DNA from: Patescibacteria group bacterium | Lineage (GTDB): Bacteria > Patescibacteriota > Microgenomatia > UBA8517 | NCBI GenBank assembly: GCA_038206135.1 | Contig: JBBRBD010000006.1 | Location: forward strand, 1 to 62,774 | Length of the DNA: 62,774 bases | Reading direction: 5' to 3' | Shown: piece by piece, positions 48,023-57,171 of the stretch | Layout: each line of letters begins with the position of its first letter | Position numbering within the stretch: the first letter of the stretch is position 1 | Translations under genes and position numbers: made by a program | The notes under the pieces: generated by a model | What the model was told of the DNA's origin: nothing | Databases searched by the model: none | What the model saw: only the letters and a program-made list of their open reading frames with translations

Positions 48023-48646
48023 ATGGATCCACTGAAGTCGAAAAAACACATTCCTCAATTTAAAAACCCGCTTGAGTCTCTGCGTGAAAGTAGCACAGAG
48101 ATCACAAAAACCGTCTCAAACGAAGTGTTTCGTCCTATGTCAAAAGAGTTCATGGACCAAATTTTGGGCCGCAAAAGAAAGTTTCATGGTGAAATTTTGC
48201 CTGGTGAATCTATCGAAATGCGCTCGGTTTTAACGGGGAAGCAAACTGAAACTGATAAGCTCAAACAGCAAGTAATTCTTGAGCGAAGACTCCGAGAAGA
48301 AGATCGTATTCTTGTTGAGCGGAAAGGCAATGAATTAAAACTCCAGATTGAAGCTATAAAAATAGAAGTCACAAAACTAGCAACTGCGACTCCAAGACTT
48401 TCTCGAGAAGTTGATGTCGCGTCTTTCCAAGCAACTGCCAGTGTAAGTATGTATGAACTGTTTTTCTTGCAACAACTTTTTAAATTTATTAGAAGCTTTA
48501 GAGAACACATTGAAGATGCGCAGTTGTGGCTTGGAACTGTTAACGCACGAGCACATAAAAAAAATGTATGGGGCGCTAACTACAAAAAATATGGTGCCAA
48601 ATATCTCCTCTCCGGTGAACATTATTCTGGCCGATCTTCTGCATAA
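48023..48646 (+). CDS. DUF5660-like CPR coiled-coil protein
   Basis: FKNPLESLR, YELFFLQQL, AQLWL, C-terminal EHYSGRSSA pattern. Confidence 0.55.
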   Translation: MDPLKSKKHIPQFKNPLESLRESSTEITKTVSNEVFRPMSKEFMDQILGRKRKFHGEILPGESIEMRSVLTGKQTETDKLKQQVILERRLREEDRILVERKGNELKLQIEAIKIEVTKLATATPRLSREVDVASFQATASVSMYELFFLQQLFKFIRSFREHIEDAQLWLGTVNARAHKKNVWGANYKKYGAKYLLSGEHYSGRSSA

Positions 48647-48648
48647 AT

Positions 48649-48677
48649 TTGACAATATACTTTTGTTCCCATAGAAT
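48649..48677 (+). promoter_or_regulatory. Sigma70 promoter
   Basis: TTGACA (48649-54), 17-nt spacer, TAGAAT (48672-77). Confidence 0.85.
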
Positions 48678-48691
48678 ACGACAATATTCTT

Positions 48692-48835
48692 ATGAATACT
48701 TTGAATCTCAACTGTAAATCTTCGTTTAGCCGCTATATGTGGCGTGGGGATTACGTGGTGAGAGGAAACAATAGAATTTAAAAAACCCAATAACAGAAAT
48801 TTAGAAAGACCTCTCACCCGAGAGGTCTTTTTGGT
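48692..48835 (+). promoter_or_regulatory. Leader peptide (29 aa) with terminator/antiterminator (attenuator)
   Basis: ORF 48692-48781; 11-bp terminator stem 48805-48830; GGTGAGAGG (48757-65) complementary to CCTCTCACC (48810-18). Confidence 0.7.
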
Positions 48836-48854
48836 TTTTAAACAAAATAAATAT

Positions 48855-49940
48855 ATGTCACCTGAATTTGGATACAATCAAGAAAAAAAATACGAGCCAC
48901 CGGTAAAGGTTTCAGCTTTCACTGAAATCATGTCTGTTGCGCCTGAAAAATTAATTAGAAATGTGGAAGATCTTGCGGGCAAAGTGGTGTGGCTCTCTGA
49001 CGGCAGTAGCTCTGTAGCGAACTGTCGTGCAGTTGAGCTTGCAACAACCCTTATTGCTGCCCACAACTTACACGGAATTGTCGAAGGAATTGTGACTGAC
49101 ACGGTCGGTGGCGGTCACGCGGAGCTCGCATTAAACGACTTGGGAATTGATATCACAAGACTTGAGCTTAATACAGAAATAGTAGACGAGCTAAAAGCCA
49201 TTTTTCCGAGAGTTATTTTTGATGAGAAAGTAATGCGATTTTTATCAGCTGAATCATTTGTATTCCCAGAAAGTAAAAGAAGTTTAAGAGAGGCAAACTT
49301 GAGATCACGAGAAGCGCTTATCCGAGGAGCAGCACGAGAAATCAACATTACGCTTCCAAACATTGCAGTTTTGGGGTGTGAAGATTTGCCGCATTTTAAG
49401 GATGTAAGCGTTCAGGAATTCTTAAACCAAAACTCACAAAGCCCGGATCAGATGGTTTTAAAATTCTGTTGCCCTGATTGTAGTCGCATGCAGCAAACAG
49501 CTGTAGAACATGGAGTGTTACCAACTGGACAAGTCGTGAAGCATCACCAGTTCCCAGTTAAGTGCAAAGGTGGCAAAGATTTGGCACAAGCATTTACCGA
49601 TGGAAAGATACAAGAGAAATCTTTGTCAGAAATGGTGAAGCTTGGATTCTTTGTAAGTGGCAAAGCAATTTATAGATTAACCACGAAGTCACTGGATCCT
49701 GAAACAGATGTACTTTTAGTTCGAAATTATTCCAACAGTAGAGGAACAATTGCGCAAATTGTCAGCGAGTGCAATGCACCAATTGGAATTACGCAGCGAT
49801 TTTATTTTGATGACAAAAAGGACATTCCTGGAAAAGATTTTATTCAGGTTCTGCGAGGAAACACGGCGCTGCAAAACGCAATAAAGTCACAGCCGCTGCT
49901 TATAACGAACCGAGATATAGACATATTTTTACCATGTTAA
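48855..49940 (+). CDS. Divergent class I lysyl-tRNA-synthetase-like catalytic domain protein
   Basis: SDGSSSVANCR (aligns by eye to SGxxHxGNxR), FCCPDCSR Zn knuckle, GGKDL; no anticodon-binding domain. Confidence 0.55.
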   Translation: MSPEFGYNQEKKYEPPVKVSAFTEIMSVAPEKLIRNVEDLAGKVVWLSDGSSSVANCRAVELATTLIAAHNLHGIVEGIVTDTVGGGHAELALNDLGIDITRLELNTEIVDELKAIFPRVIFDEKVMRFLSAESFVFPESKRSLREANLRSREALIRGAAREINITLPNIAVLGCEDLPHFKDVSVQEFLNQNSQSPDQMVLKFCCPDCSRMQQTAVEHGVLPTGQVVKHHQFPVKCKGGKDLAQAFTDGKIQEKSLSEMVKLGFFVSGKAIYRLTTKSLDPETDVLLVRNYSNSRGTIAQIVSECNAPIGITQRFYFDDKKDIPGKDFIQVLRGNTALQNAIKSQPLLITNRDIDIFLPC

Positions 49941-50899
49941 AAACAATATATTTCATTACAGATAGAAATCTGACCTTAAGCGACAGTGTTTCCAGATACA
50001 TTATCGACTTATCAGAAGCTCTCGCGAAGGGTGGTTTTAACGTGACTATTTTTAGCTCAAGTGAAGCCAAGAGATCTGATTATGTGCTGCCCCAAAATGT
50101 GAATTTTTCGAATGAAATGCCGGACCCAGCGGACCGAGCAATCTTTCATTTTCACTTAACTTATACAATACGCGCGCACACACAGTTTCTATTTGATAAT
50201 GTGTCACAACTTAAAAACAAGTCCATTGTGACGCTCCACGTAACCCCTGAATACGCAATTCAAATGGTTCAGCAGGCAAGTATGATTAAAATTTTGTCAT
50301 TCATTTCTGAGCAGTCACTGCTTGTTCAAGTTTTCTCTAACTACTCAAAGTATGACCTAAAGAAATATGGCTTAAATAGAGTGGCGGTCGTGTACCCAGG
50401 ACTTAATTTATCAAGGTACCAAGAATATTTACCGTTTACAAAACAAAAAAAGAGACAAATTTTAGTTGTCGCCTCAAACCCTGATGCGCTTTTTGTGAGA
50501 AACATTAAGGGCTTTAATTTTATTGAAACAATTAAAAAAACATATCCAGATATTAAAGTAAAAGAGGTAATCAACTTGTCATTTTCTGAATATTTAAAAG
50601 CTATGGCTGAAAGTGAGTTTTATATTGCGCTGTCAAAACTCGAGCATTATGGCTTAGCAATTATTGATGCGTATAACTTGTTTACCATTCCCATTTATAG
50701 CAATGAAGGGGGACTCACAGAAGCGATATATGGAAATGGAATTCCAATATACACAGAAGGGACAAAAGTGTTTCTGCCAAAGAAACTGCCGTATACTGAA
50801 ATAGACGCAAGATATAACTATTTGTTTTCTCAAACTGAGCATACAATTGAAAAACACATGAAGAATATGCTATCAGTATATGAATTAATAAAGCCATGA
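49934..50899 (+). CDS. GT-B glycosyltransferase (GT4-like)
   Basis: VVYPGL, IKGF, EHYGLAIIDA, GGLTEA. Confidence 0.8.
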   Translation: MLKTIYFITDRNLTLSDSVSRYIIDLSEALAKGGFNVTIFSSSEAKRSDYVLPQNVNFSNEMPDPADRAIFHFHLTYTIRAHTQFLFDNVSQLKNKSIVTLHVTPEYAIQMVQQASMIKILSFISEQSLLVQVFSNYSKYDLKKYGLNRVAVVYPGLNLSRYQEYLPFTKQKKRQILVVASNPDALFVRNIKGFNFIETIKKTYPDIKVKEVINLSFSEYLKAMAESEFYIALSKLEHYGLAIIDAYNLFTIPIYSNEGGLTEAIYGNGIPIYTEGTKVFLPKKLPYTEIDARYNYLFSQTEHTIEKHMKNMLSVYELIKP

Positions 50900-51606
50900 A
50901 AAACATACTTTGTATAACAGCTCATCCAGACGACGACTCGCTTTTTGCGGGAACTTTATTGAAAATGAAAACCGCCGGATGGAATATATTTGAAGCCATT
51001 TTAACGGGTGGTGAAGATGGGGTGTCTATAAAAAACGATGTTAAAAACTTAAAAAAACATCGAGTAACAGAGGCCGAACAATTTGCAAAATTAATTGGTT
51101 TGAGTGATATCTACTGGCTTAATGGAACTGACGGCTTTTTAGAAGAAACAAAGCAAATTACGGAAGAACTGGTGAGAGTTATGAGAAAAGTCAATCCAAG
51201 TATCCTAATACTTTTAAGCCCAGGAGACTATCACAAGGACCATCAAGTTTCATACAAAATTGGACTAAGTGCCATTGAACTTGCGACCAGAAACGCATAT
51301 TTAAGCTTAGGCAAATCAATTGAAACCCCACTTATTTTAGTGAGTGATGGTATAAATTTACTCGCAGAGCCACAGATAATAGTGAACACAACCGTCGAGC
51401 ATCCGACACGAATGGAGGCCTTAAGACAAGCATATGCTTCTCAAATGGATGCGGATCTCGATCGCTTTTCGGAAGGTGTTGCACTCGCGCGCGGAGCCCG
51501 CATTAAAACAATATATGGGGAAGGGTTTAATTTAGCTAAAATTTCATCACGACCACTGCTCACAGAAAAAAACATGATGGCTCTCACAGATTTACTAAAA
51601 ATGTAA
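50896..51606 (+). CDS. PIG-L/LmbE family de-N-acetylase
   Basis: AHPDD, LTGGE, RVTEA, DG, HKDH. Confidence 0.9.
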   Translation: MKNILCITAHPDDDSLFAGTLLKMKTAGWNIFEAILTGGEDGVSIKNDVKNLKKHRVTEAEQFAKLIGLSDIYWLNGTDGFLEETKQITEELVRVMRKVNPSILILLSPGDYHKDHQVSYKIGLSAIELATRNAYLSLGKSIETPLILVSDGINLLAEPQIIVNTTVEHPTRMEALRQAYASQMDADLDRFSEGVALARGARIKTIYGEGFNLAKISSRPLLTEKNMMALTDLLKM

Positions 51607-51687
51607 AACAGCTCTCAAACGAAAACGATACATAGAAGTGATTTTAAAAAAATCATTTTTCAATATCGTTTTAATAGGGAGGTCTAC

Positions 51688-51888
51688 ATGTGTAAGAAAG
51701 TCGTTGTAAGAGATTTGAACACAGGTCGGGTTGTAGAAGTACGATATGAAGGCGGACCTGTCCCGATCCTAATAAATGCAGACCTGCCGCAAATTTTTGC
51801 AGCAACGGGACAAGGATCAGACTTAGGACTTGGCTGCAGTACTGATGCTGTTCACGCACCACTTGAAGTTTCTGAAGACAACGAGTGA
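51688..51888 (+). CDS. Small hypothetical protein
   Basis: AGGGAGG SD; terminator GTGGGGTTG/CAACCCCAC at ~51903-51940. Confidence 0.6.
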   Translation: MCKKVVVRDLNTGRVVEVRYEGGPVPILINADLPQIFAATGQGSDLGLGCSTDAVHAPLEVSEDNE

Positions 51889-51970
51889 TTGGGAATACAC
51901 TAGTGGGGTTGTAGGTTTCTACTCAACCCCACGTTTTTTTGATATACTACTGCTGTTCTCAACAAAAAAA

Positions 51971-52047
51971 GGACCCTTAGCTCAATTGGCTAGAGCGATT
52001 CATTGACGTTGAATAGGTTCTGGGTTCAAGTCCCAGGGGGTCCACCA
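51971..52047 (+). tRNA. tRNA-Val(GAC)
   Basis: Canonical cloverleaf, ATTCA-TTGACGT-TGAAT, encoded CCA. Confidence 0.95.
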
Positions 52048-52131
52048 AACACTTCACAAATTAAACCTTATAGTTTGACATTCTCATCAAACAGTGATTA
52101 AATTCACTGACCGAAAAAAAGGAGAAATTGT

Positions 52132-52320
52132 ATGCAAAGTATGAATGTAATGCCATTCATCCTGATTGCCGGTGCAATTTGTTTGTTGGCATTAATCAAA
52201 TCACTGTTTCTGGCTGTGAAGTTTGGTGGACTATACGGCTTCCTCGGATGGGTAGCCCTAATGTTCTTTCCACCTTTAGGATGAATTATTCTTATCGGCG
52301 TTGGATTTGTCATCTGGTAA
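52132..52320 (+). pseudogene. Small membrane protein gene with in-frame TGA
   Basis: AAAGGAG SD; MQSMNVMPFILIAG...FFPPLG*IILIGVGFVIW*; TGA at 52282-52284. Confidence 0.55.
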
Positions 52321-52574
52321 ACGAGATGATGCTCCAAATAGTTAAACTCCAAACAGAAACATTTGTTTTGTAATGGAATTTCGAGATACAAGTAGTTTCT
52401 AAAGTTGATGTAAATAGGAGCGCAATAATATGCGCTCCATTTTATTTATTTAAATTCTACAAAAAAATTTTAAAATACTACTTTACAATAACGCAGACAG
52501 CAACTTATAGTTTGCATGTTTTCTTTTCTTTAAGTATAATATCTGCATACGCTGAGTAATATTGGGGGTTAAGA

Positions 52575-52913
52575 ATGTTAAATATTCTCATGAATGTAGC
52601 GGTCAACGCTCTCTGTATTTCGATAATTTGGACAATTGGTTCCAGACCAAAAACACGAACAGTTGTTAGTACTGAAGTGTTTTGTGCAGGACTCGCCGCA
52701 GTGATCATTGCTTGTGCACTAGGTGAGGGGTTTTATTTAGCCCTTTATCGCATTATTGGTATGGAAATAGGATGGCTACTCGCATTTATCATTGCAGTAT
52801 ATCTATTGCAAAAGCTGCCAAATAAGGTCAAAGGAAAATCAAAACACCGTCAAAACATTGAATTTGACGGAGAGGTTTTTCCGATTGTTGACGAGGATGT
52901 CAATAACTTTTAA
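52575..52913 (+). CDS. Membrane protein
   Basis: Three hydrophobic segments, charged tail. Confidence 0.6.
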   Translation: MLNILMNVAVNALCISIIWTIGSRPKTRTVVSTEVFCAGLAAVIIACALGEGFYLALYRIIGMEIGWLLAFIIAVYLLQKLPNKVKGKSKHRQNIEFDGEVFPIVDEDVNNF

Positions 52914-53036
52914 CCGTATTAATTTTTTCACTTGGTTGCCCTCATCAATATTTGATGGGGGTTTTTCATTCCCACAAAAAAAACAGTCTTTGAGTATATC
53001 CAAAGACTGTATCGTATTTTTTTGCCTACTTAAAAG

Positions 53037-53249
53037 CTAATTTGCGGATAGGTTTGCATCTGAGCTTTTGACTACTTGGTCTGCCTGATTCTCAACAGCA
53101 GTAATATTATTCATAAAGTTGCGACGAACGTCAGGGTTAATTGCTCCATGCGCTGTAGCTAGTTCGACATGCGCATACGCAATCATCGCAAGTAGGTTGA
53201 CAATGAGCTTTAACAAATGAATGACTGTACGAACGGCTGTCTTATCCAC
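53037..53249 (-). CDS. Small helical hypothetical protein
   Basis: AGGAG SD, GTG start. Confidence 0.55.
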   Translation of the reverse strand: MDKTAVRTVIHLLKLIVNLLAMIAYAHVELATAHGAINPDVRRNFMNNITAVENQADQVVKSSDANLSAN

Positions 53250-53313
53250 AGTATTCTCCTTAATCGTATAGCATCTTCCTTTCTAATTTAAAAAAATCTG
53301 TTAAAATATCTCC

Positions 53314-53537
53314 AAGTGATCTGAAAGTCCGGCAGTAGTTTCTCATTCCCCTGGGGAGTGCCGACTAAAGGGGGAGATAAGCCCAATCTCAATGATAAGG
53401 ATGTAAATAGTAAAGACTTAACGTCTCTTATATCCGATGCATGAGGCGGAACGAAATCGGCTCATTGAGAAGAGCTTGTTTTTCGGTTTTATAACTCCGC
53501 GGTACGATCACTTCCCAGTCGAAAGACTGGTTTTTTT
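53314..53537 (+). ncRNA. Unassigned ~200-nt structured RNA with intrinsic terminator
   Basis: TAAAAT -10 upstream; AAGTGATC/GATCACTT closing stem; AGTCCGGCA/TGCCGACT; TCTCAATGA/TCATTGAGA; CCAGTC-GAAA-GACTGG-T7. Confidence 0.7.
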
Positions 53538-53561
53538 ATTTTTAAGGCAAAGGAGCCTCTT

Positions 53562-54086
53562 TTGAATGAAATCTTGTGGGTGTCTGGATTTGTAGCTGCA
53601 ATTTGCGCTTGTTTGTTTGTAGTCCTCCCCACATTGTTTGTGGGATTAAACTACAAACATGAGCCAATGAGCATAATCGTTATGGTGCCTCACCTGGGGC
53701 GAATCTTTAGAGTGGGACTGGTCGCAACTGCACTTTTTCTCTTGTTTTTCATAGTCTGGCTTACCATGCGATTTGTAGAATATTCACCGTTTTTAGGAAT
53801 GGCGTTATATGTGTTCGGTTCAATTTGTATGATAGTAGTTGCGTGTATTACGATTGACTCAAATCAGCGAGTACACACCATGTTTACAAAAGGCTATTTT
53901 TTCCTAAGTACTGTTGGAGCACTAGTTTTCAGTCTGACAATACATCAAAGCTTACCAATTGTACTCGCGCTCATTGGAGGAATTGGAACAGCAATCTTGT
54001 ATTTTAAAATGGGTGTAAAGGCATATTCTGAGTATTGGGGGATTACTTTTGCAATTCTTTGGGTACTATCGTTTTACATTCTTTGA
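53562..54086 (+). CDS. DUF998-like multi-TM membrane protein
   Basis: AAGGAG SD, TTG start; SIIVM, RVHT motifs; ~6 TMs. Confidence 0.6.
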   Translation: MNEILWVSGFVAAICACLFVVLPTLFVGLNYKHEPMSIIVMVPHLGRIFRVGLVATALFLLFFIVWLTMRFVEYSPFLGMALYVFGSICMIVVACITIDSNQRVHTMFTKGYFFLSTVGALVFSLTIHQSLPIVLALIGGIGTAILYFKMGVKAYSEYWGITFAILWVLSFYIL

Positions 54087-54135
54087 TTGTAAAAAAATAA
54101 TGCTGGCAGGGACAACCTGCCAGCAGAAATACTTC

Positions 54136-55218
54136 TTACTTTATTGCTTCAATGACAAACAGCTGTTTATCATCTGTATACACACGACAATGTGTTCGCT
54201 GTATTTCTCCGGTTCGTATCCAGTAATTGGCTTTACTTCGATTTATAAATTGTCTTGCAGGTGATACCTGAGAATTTATAAATCCAACTTTTTTCAGCTG
54301 ATCCCGAATAAGCGATTCATCTGAGACAATCGACTTCGAAACATCAAATTGAACAGCCCATTCGTCTACTACTGGATGTTCTACAAATACAATGCGCCCA
54401 CCCGGCTTCAAAAGCCGATATGCCTCTTTAAAAAGGACTGCTCTCTTCTCATTCTTCTCATCGACTGTTATTCCAAATTCATGGAATAATCCATTAGTCA
54501 TAATCAGGTTCTGTGACGCACTTTCATATGTTGTCTTCAGTGCATTTTGTTGTCTAAATTGAATGCCGTAATGTTCAGCAGCAAAACAATTTAAAAATTG
54601 TTTGATGTCCACAATCTCAAAATGCGAATTCGGGAGCAAATGCCGCTTCAATGAATAAATATCACCAACACTCACCGGACTAAAAGCTCCAAAAAACAAC
54701 ACCTGCATTGAATCTAGCGACTGAAATGCACTTGCATATGCAGGAGCAACTGTCGCAGGGGTGAAAAATTGAAACTCATTACTAATAGTCGTAAGCCATG
54801 CCTCACAAATTAGGCAAAAGGTGTGGACAATTTCCCCTAAATTATGTGATTCAAATTCAGACAGCCCCAGATATTTCATCCAAAGCCCGTTACTTATAGC
54901 TCGAGTAAAGAGGTTTGCATCTGCGTTTGATACACTTCGTGCATATTTTCTCCATGCTTGTGGATACTCAAAAAACGTAGATGCAAACGCACCCGTGTAT
55001 GCAGGATTAGATAAAAGCAAATATACGTCTTCCACTTCCTTCTTTACGATTTTTTCAATCGTGAGTGGTTTTGCGTTAAATGTATTGCTTAAATCCAAAA
55101 CACTATTCTGAAGCATAACCAATTGTTCTTGGTAAGAACGGTTATGAAACAAAGTGCTACTATCTCCAAATGTGAGCATTTCTTGTACCTTTCTGGTAAA
55201 GAGCAACGAATAAGACAC
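54136..55218 (-). CDS. Class I SAM-dependent methyltransferase
   Basis: QVLFFGA, IVDI, QNALK, EAYRLLKPGGRIVFVE. Confidence 0.8.
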   Translation of the reverse strand: MSYSLLFTRKVQEMLTFGDSSTLFHNRSYQEQLVMLQNSVLDLSNTFNAKPLTIEKIVKKEVEDVYLLLSNPAYTGAFASTFFEYPQAWRKYARSVSNADANLFTRAISNGLWMKYLGLSEFESHNLGEIVHTFCLICEAWLTTISNEFQFFTPATVAPAYASAFQSLDSMQVLFFGAFSPVSVGDIYSLKRHLLPNSHFEIVDIKQFLNCFAAEHYGIQFRQQNALKTTYESASQNLIMTNGLFHEFGITVDEKNEKRAVLFKEAYRLLKPGGRIVFVEHPVVDEWAVQFDVSKSIVSDESLIRDQLKKVGFINSQVSPARQFINRSKANYWIRTGEIQRTHCRVYTDDKQLFVIEAIK

Positions 55219-55269
55219 GAACAGTCAAACATTTTATCACAACGGCTAATGAAATCTAAAATGAGGAGC

Positions 55270-56445
55270 TTATACTAACTTCAGTTCTTTGTGTGAGAAG
55301 ATTTTAATAGCTAAATAAATGCAAATAGCACTAAGTACACTTGCTCCAATAAATGGCGCACTATTTGAAAGAGTTGCTGCAGCTCCTGCAATGATTGGTC
55401 CTAATATCTGACCAATACTCATATATGAAGTGTTAATGCCTTGCATTTCACCCTGTTCAGTTTCATCAGTTTCTTCAGACAAAATAGTTTGGGTAATAGG
55501 TTGCACAAAATTATTGATAAGCCCAAGCGCTACGCTTGCAATAACAAAGGGGACGATGCTTCGAGTGAAGAACATTACTGCAAAGGTAATCGTTACCCAA
55601 ATAAGTGCAAACAAAAGAGCCTTTTTAACCTTAAAATATTTAAGTGCGCGGGGGAGTAAAAAGAGTTGAGAAATAAGTCCCAATACTCCAAACAAGCTAA
55701 ACAAAAGTGCAATCCCAGAAGCACTCATATGAAGTACTTCCACAGTGGAGCTTTGGAATCCAAATATAAACATTGAAAACGCCATGAAATAAAACAGTGT
55801 CAGTAGAAGCGTCGAACCAACAGTTTTATTCGTCAAAGCAGAAGCGAGTTTTTTCAAATCAAACAATTTAGCATGAGAAAGCTTTCCCATATTTTTATTT
55901 GTTTCTGGCAAAAAGAGGGCAGTAATAATTACAGCAAGCAAAGAAATTGCAGCAGCAATTAAAAATGGAATTGCAGTGCTAATCCCAACCGTTGCCGCAG
56001 ACACTGCAGGACCAAAGATAAAACCAAAGCCAAAAGCAGCACCAATAATTCCAAAGCCTTTGGCTCTATCTTTTGGTTCAGTTGTATCAGTAATGACAGC
56101 AGAAGCCACTGGAATGTTACCCGCAGTTATACCATCAAGCGCTCGTGCCAAAAACAAGAATAGTGCACTCGGGGCAAAAGCCATCATGATAAATGAGATA
56201 ACCGTTCCAGAAATAGAAATAATCAAAAGTGGTTTTCTACCAAACTTGTCTGATAATCTTCCAATGATTGGAGTTGAGAAAAATTGACACAAGGAGAAGG
56301 TCGCAAACAGTATTCCATTTTGGAAATCTGAAAGTCCATATTTTTTAGAATATGAGTAGAGAATTGGAATGATAATGCCGTACCCCAAAGCGTTCACCAC
56401 AGCAATCAAAGCAATGATTAAAAGGTTCTTGTTGTTTTTGAACAT
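55270..56445 (-). CDS. MFS transporter (TetA/DHA1-like)
   Basis: GRLSDKFGRKP motif A, LDGITAG, motif C GFIFGP; 12 TMs. Confidence 0.92.
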   Translation of the reverse strand: MFKNNKNLLIIALIAVVNALGYGIIIPILYSYSKKYGLSDFQNGILFATFSLCQFFSTPIIGRLSDKFGRKPLLIISISGTVISFIMMAFAPSALFLFLARALDGITAGNIPVASAVITDTTEPKDRAKGFGIIGAAFGFGFIFGPAVSAATVGISTAIPFLIAAAISLLAVIITALFLPETNKNMGKLSHAKLFDLKKLASALTNKTVGSTLLLTLFYFMAFSMFIFGFQSSTVEVLHMSASGIALLFSLFGVLGLISQLFLLPRALKYFKVKKALLFALIWVTITFAVMFFTRSIVPFVIASVALGLINNFVQPITQTILSEETDETEQGEMQGINTSYMSIGQILGPIIAGAAATLSNSAPFIGASVLSAICIYLAIKIFSHKELKLV

Positions 56446-56508
56446 GAATGGTGATTATACCAAAGAATTGGGGAAAACAAAAAGAGGGCGTTAACGCCCT
56501 CATACAAC

Positions 56509-57057
56509 TTAAGACTCAATAACAGTAAACGGTTCGCGAACAAAAGCATTATGAAAAGCTGCGGCACCAAGTGCCAATAAAACCCTTTCCTTCGGTTTCA
56601 ATTTTTGATGCTTCGTGGCATAAAATGCTCCAAGTGCATAAGAATACCCACTGCCAACTGAACAGTATGGTTCAATTACGGTTGCCACTTGAAGATCATC
56701 ATATACCGTGCAGATCTCACCCTTATATGCAACGATAAAACTTCCAGCGTTTTCCTTATTCTTGTCAATTTCAAGGAAGCCTTCAGTTTTCAGCTTTTCA
56801 CGAAGAACAGGAATCCATTTTGTTATCAGATGTTCACGCAAACTAATATCAACTGCTTTGACTTCAGGAGGAGGAACAATAAATTCAAGTAGATCGCCCA
56901 TCCGAAATGACGTTGTGTAACCCATTATGTAGTCATTCCTATGAAATACTTTTGGGTGAGGTCTCACCGCAATGTTTCCACCTTTCGAGTCAGTACCTGC
57001 AGCATCTCCTCCTAAATACGCAATTCCCTTATGAATAAGTCCAACAATACATGTCAT
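56509..57057 (-). CDS. Ntn-hydrolase, HslV/proteasome-beta-like
   Basis: N-terminal MTCIVG, GGD, VGSGYSYALGA; AAAGGA SD; terminator GAGGGCG/CGCCCTC. Confidence 0.75.
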   Translation of the reverse strand: MTCIVGLIHKGIAYLGGDAAGTDSKGGNIAVRPHPKVFHRNDYIMGYTTSFRMGDLLEFIVPPPEVKAVDISLREHLITKWIPVLREKLKTEGFLEIDKNKENAGSFIVAYKGEICTVYDDLQVATVIEPYCSVGSGYSYALGAFYATKHQKLKPKERVLLALGAAAFHNAFVREPFTVIES

Positions 57058-57171
57058 TTCAATTCCTTTCTTGAATAGCCTGATTGCGTGATATTCTAGC
57101 TTATAGGTTGAATGATTGCAAAAATTTTTGTTAATAAGTTACGAGGTTGATATAATCCGATAAGTGTTTTT

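Noticed and set aside
48377-48877. 166-aa minus-strand ORF
   Set aside because: Overlaps the DUF5660-like gene, the promoter and the attenuator on the opposite strand; no SD or motif
52282-52284. Genome-wide TGA recoding (code 25 or 4)
   Set aside because: TGA cleanly ends many bona fide genes here (PMM 21432, thrS 60389, DUF192 3280), and long core genes contain no internal TGA
53314-53513. RNase P RNA (because of GAAAGTCCGG)
   Set aside because: The motif follows P1 directly without P2/P3 and pairs locally; the 3' CR-V (ACAxAAxxCGGCUUA) is absent; the RNA is too short
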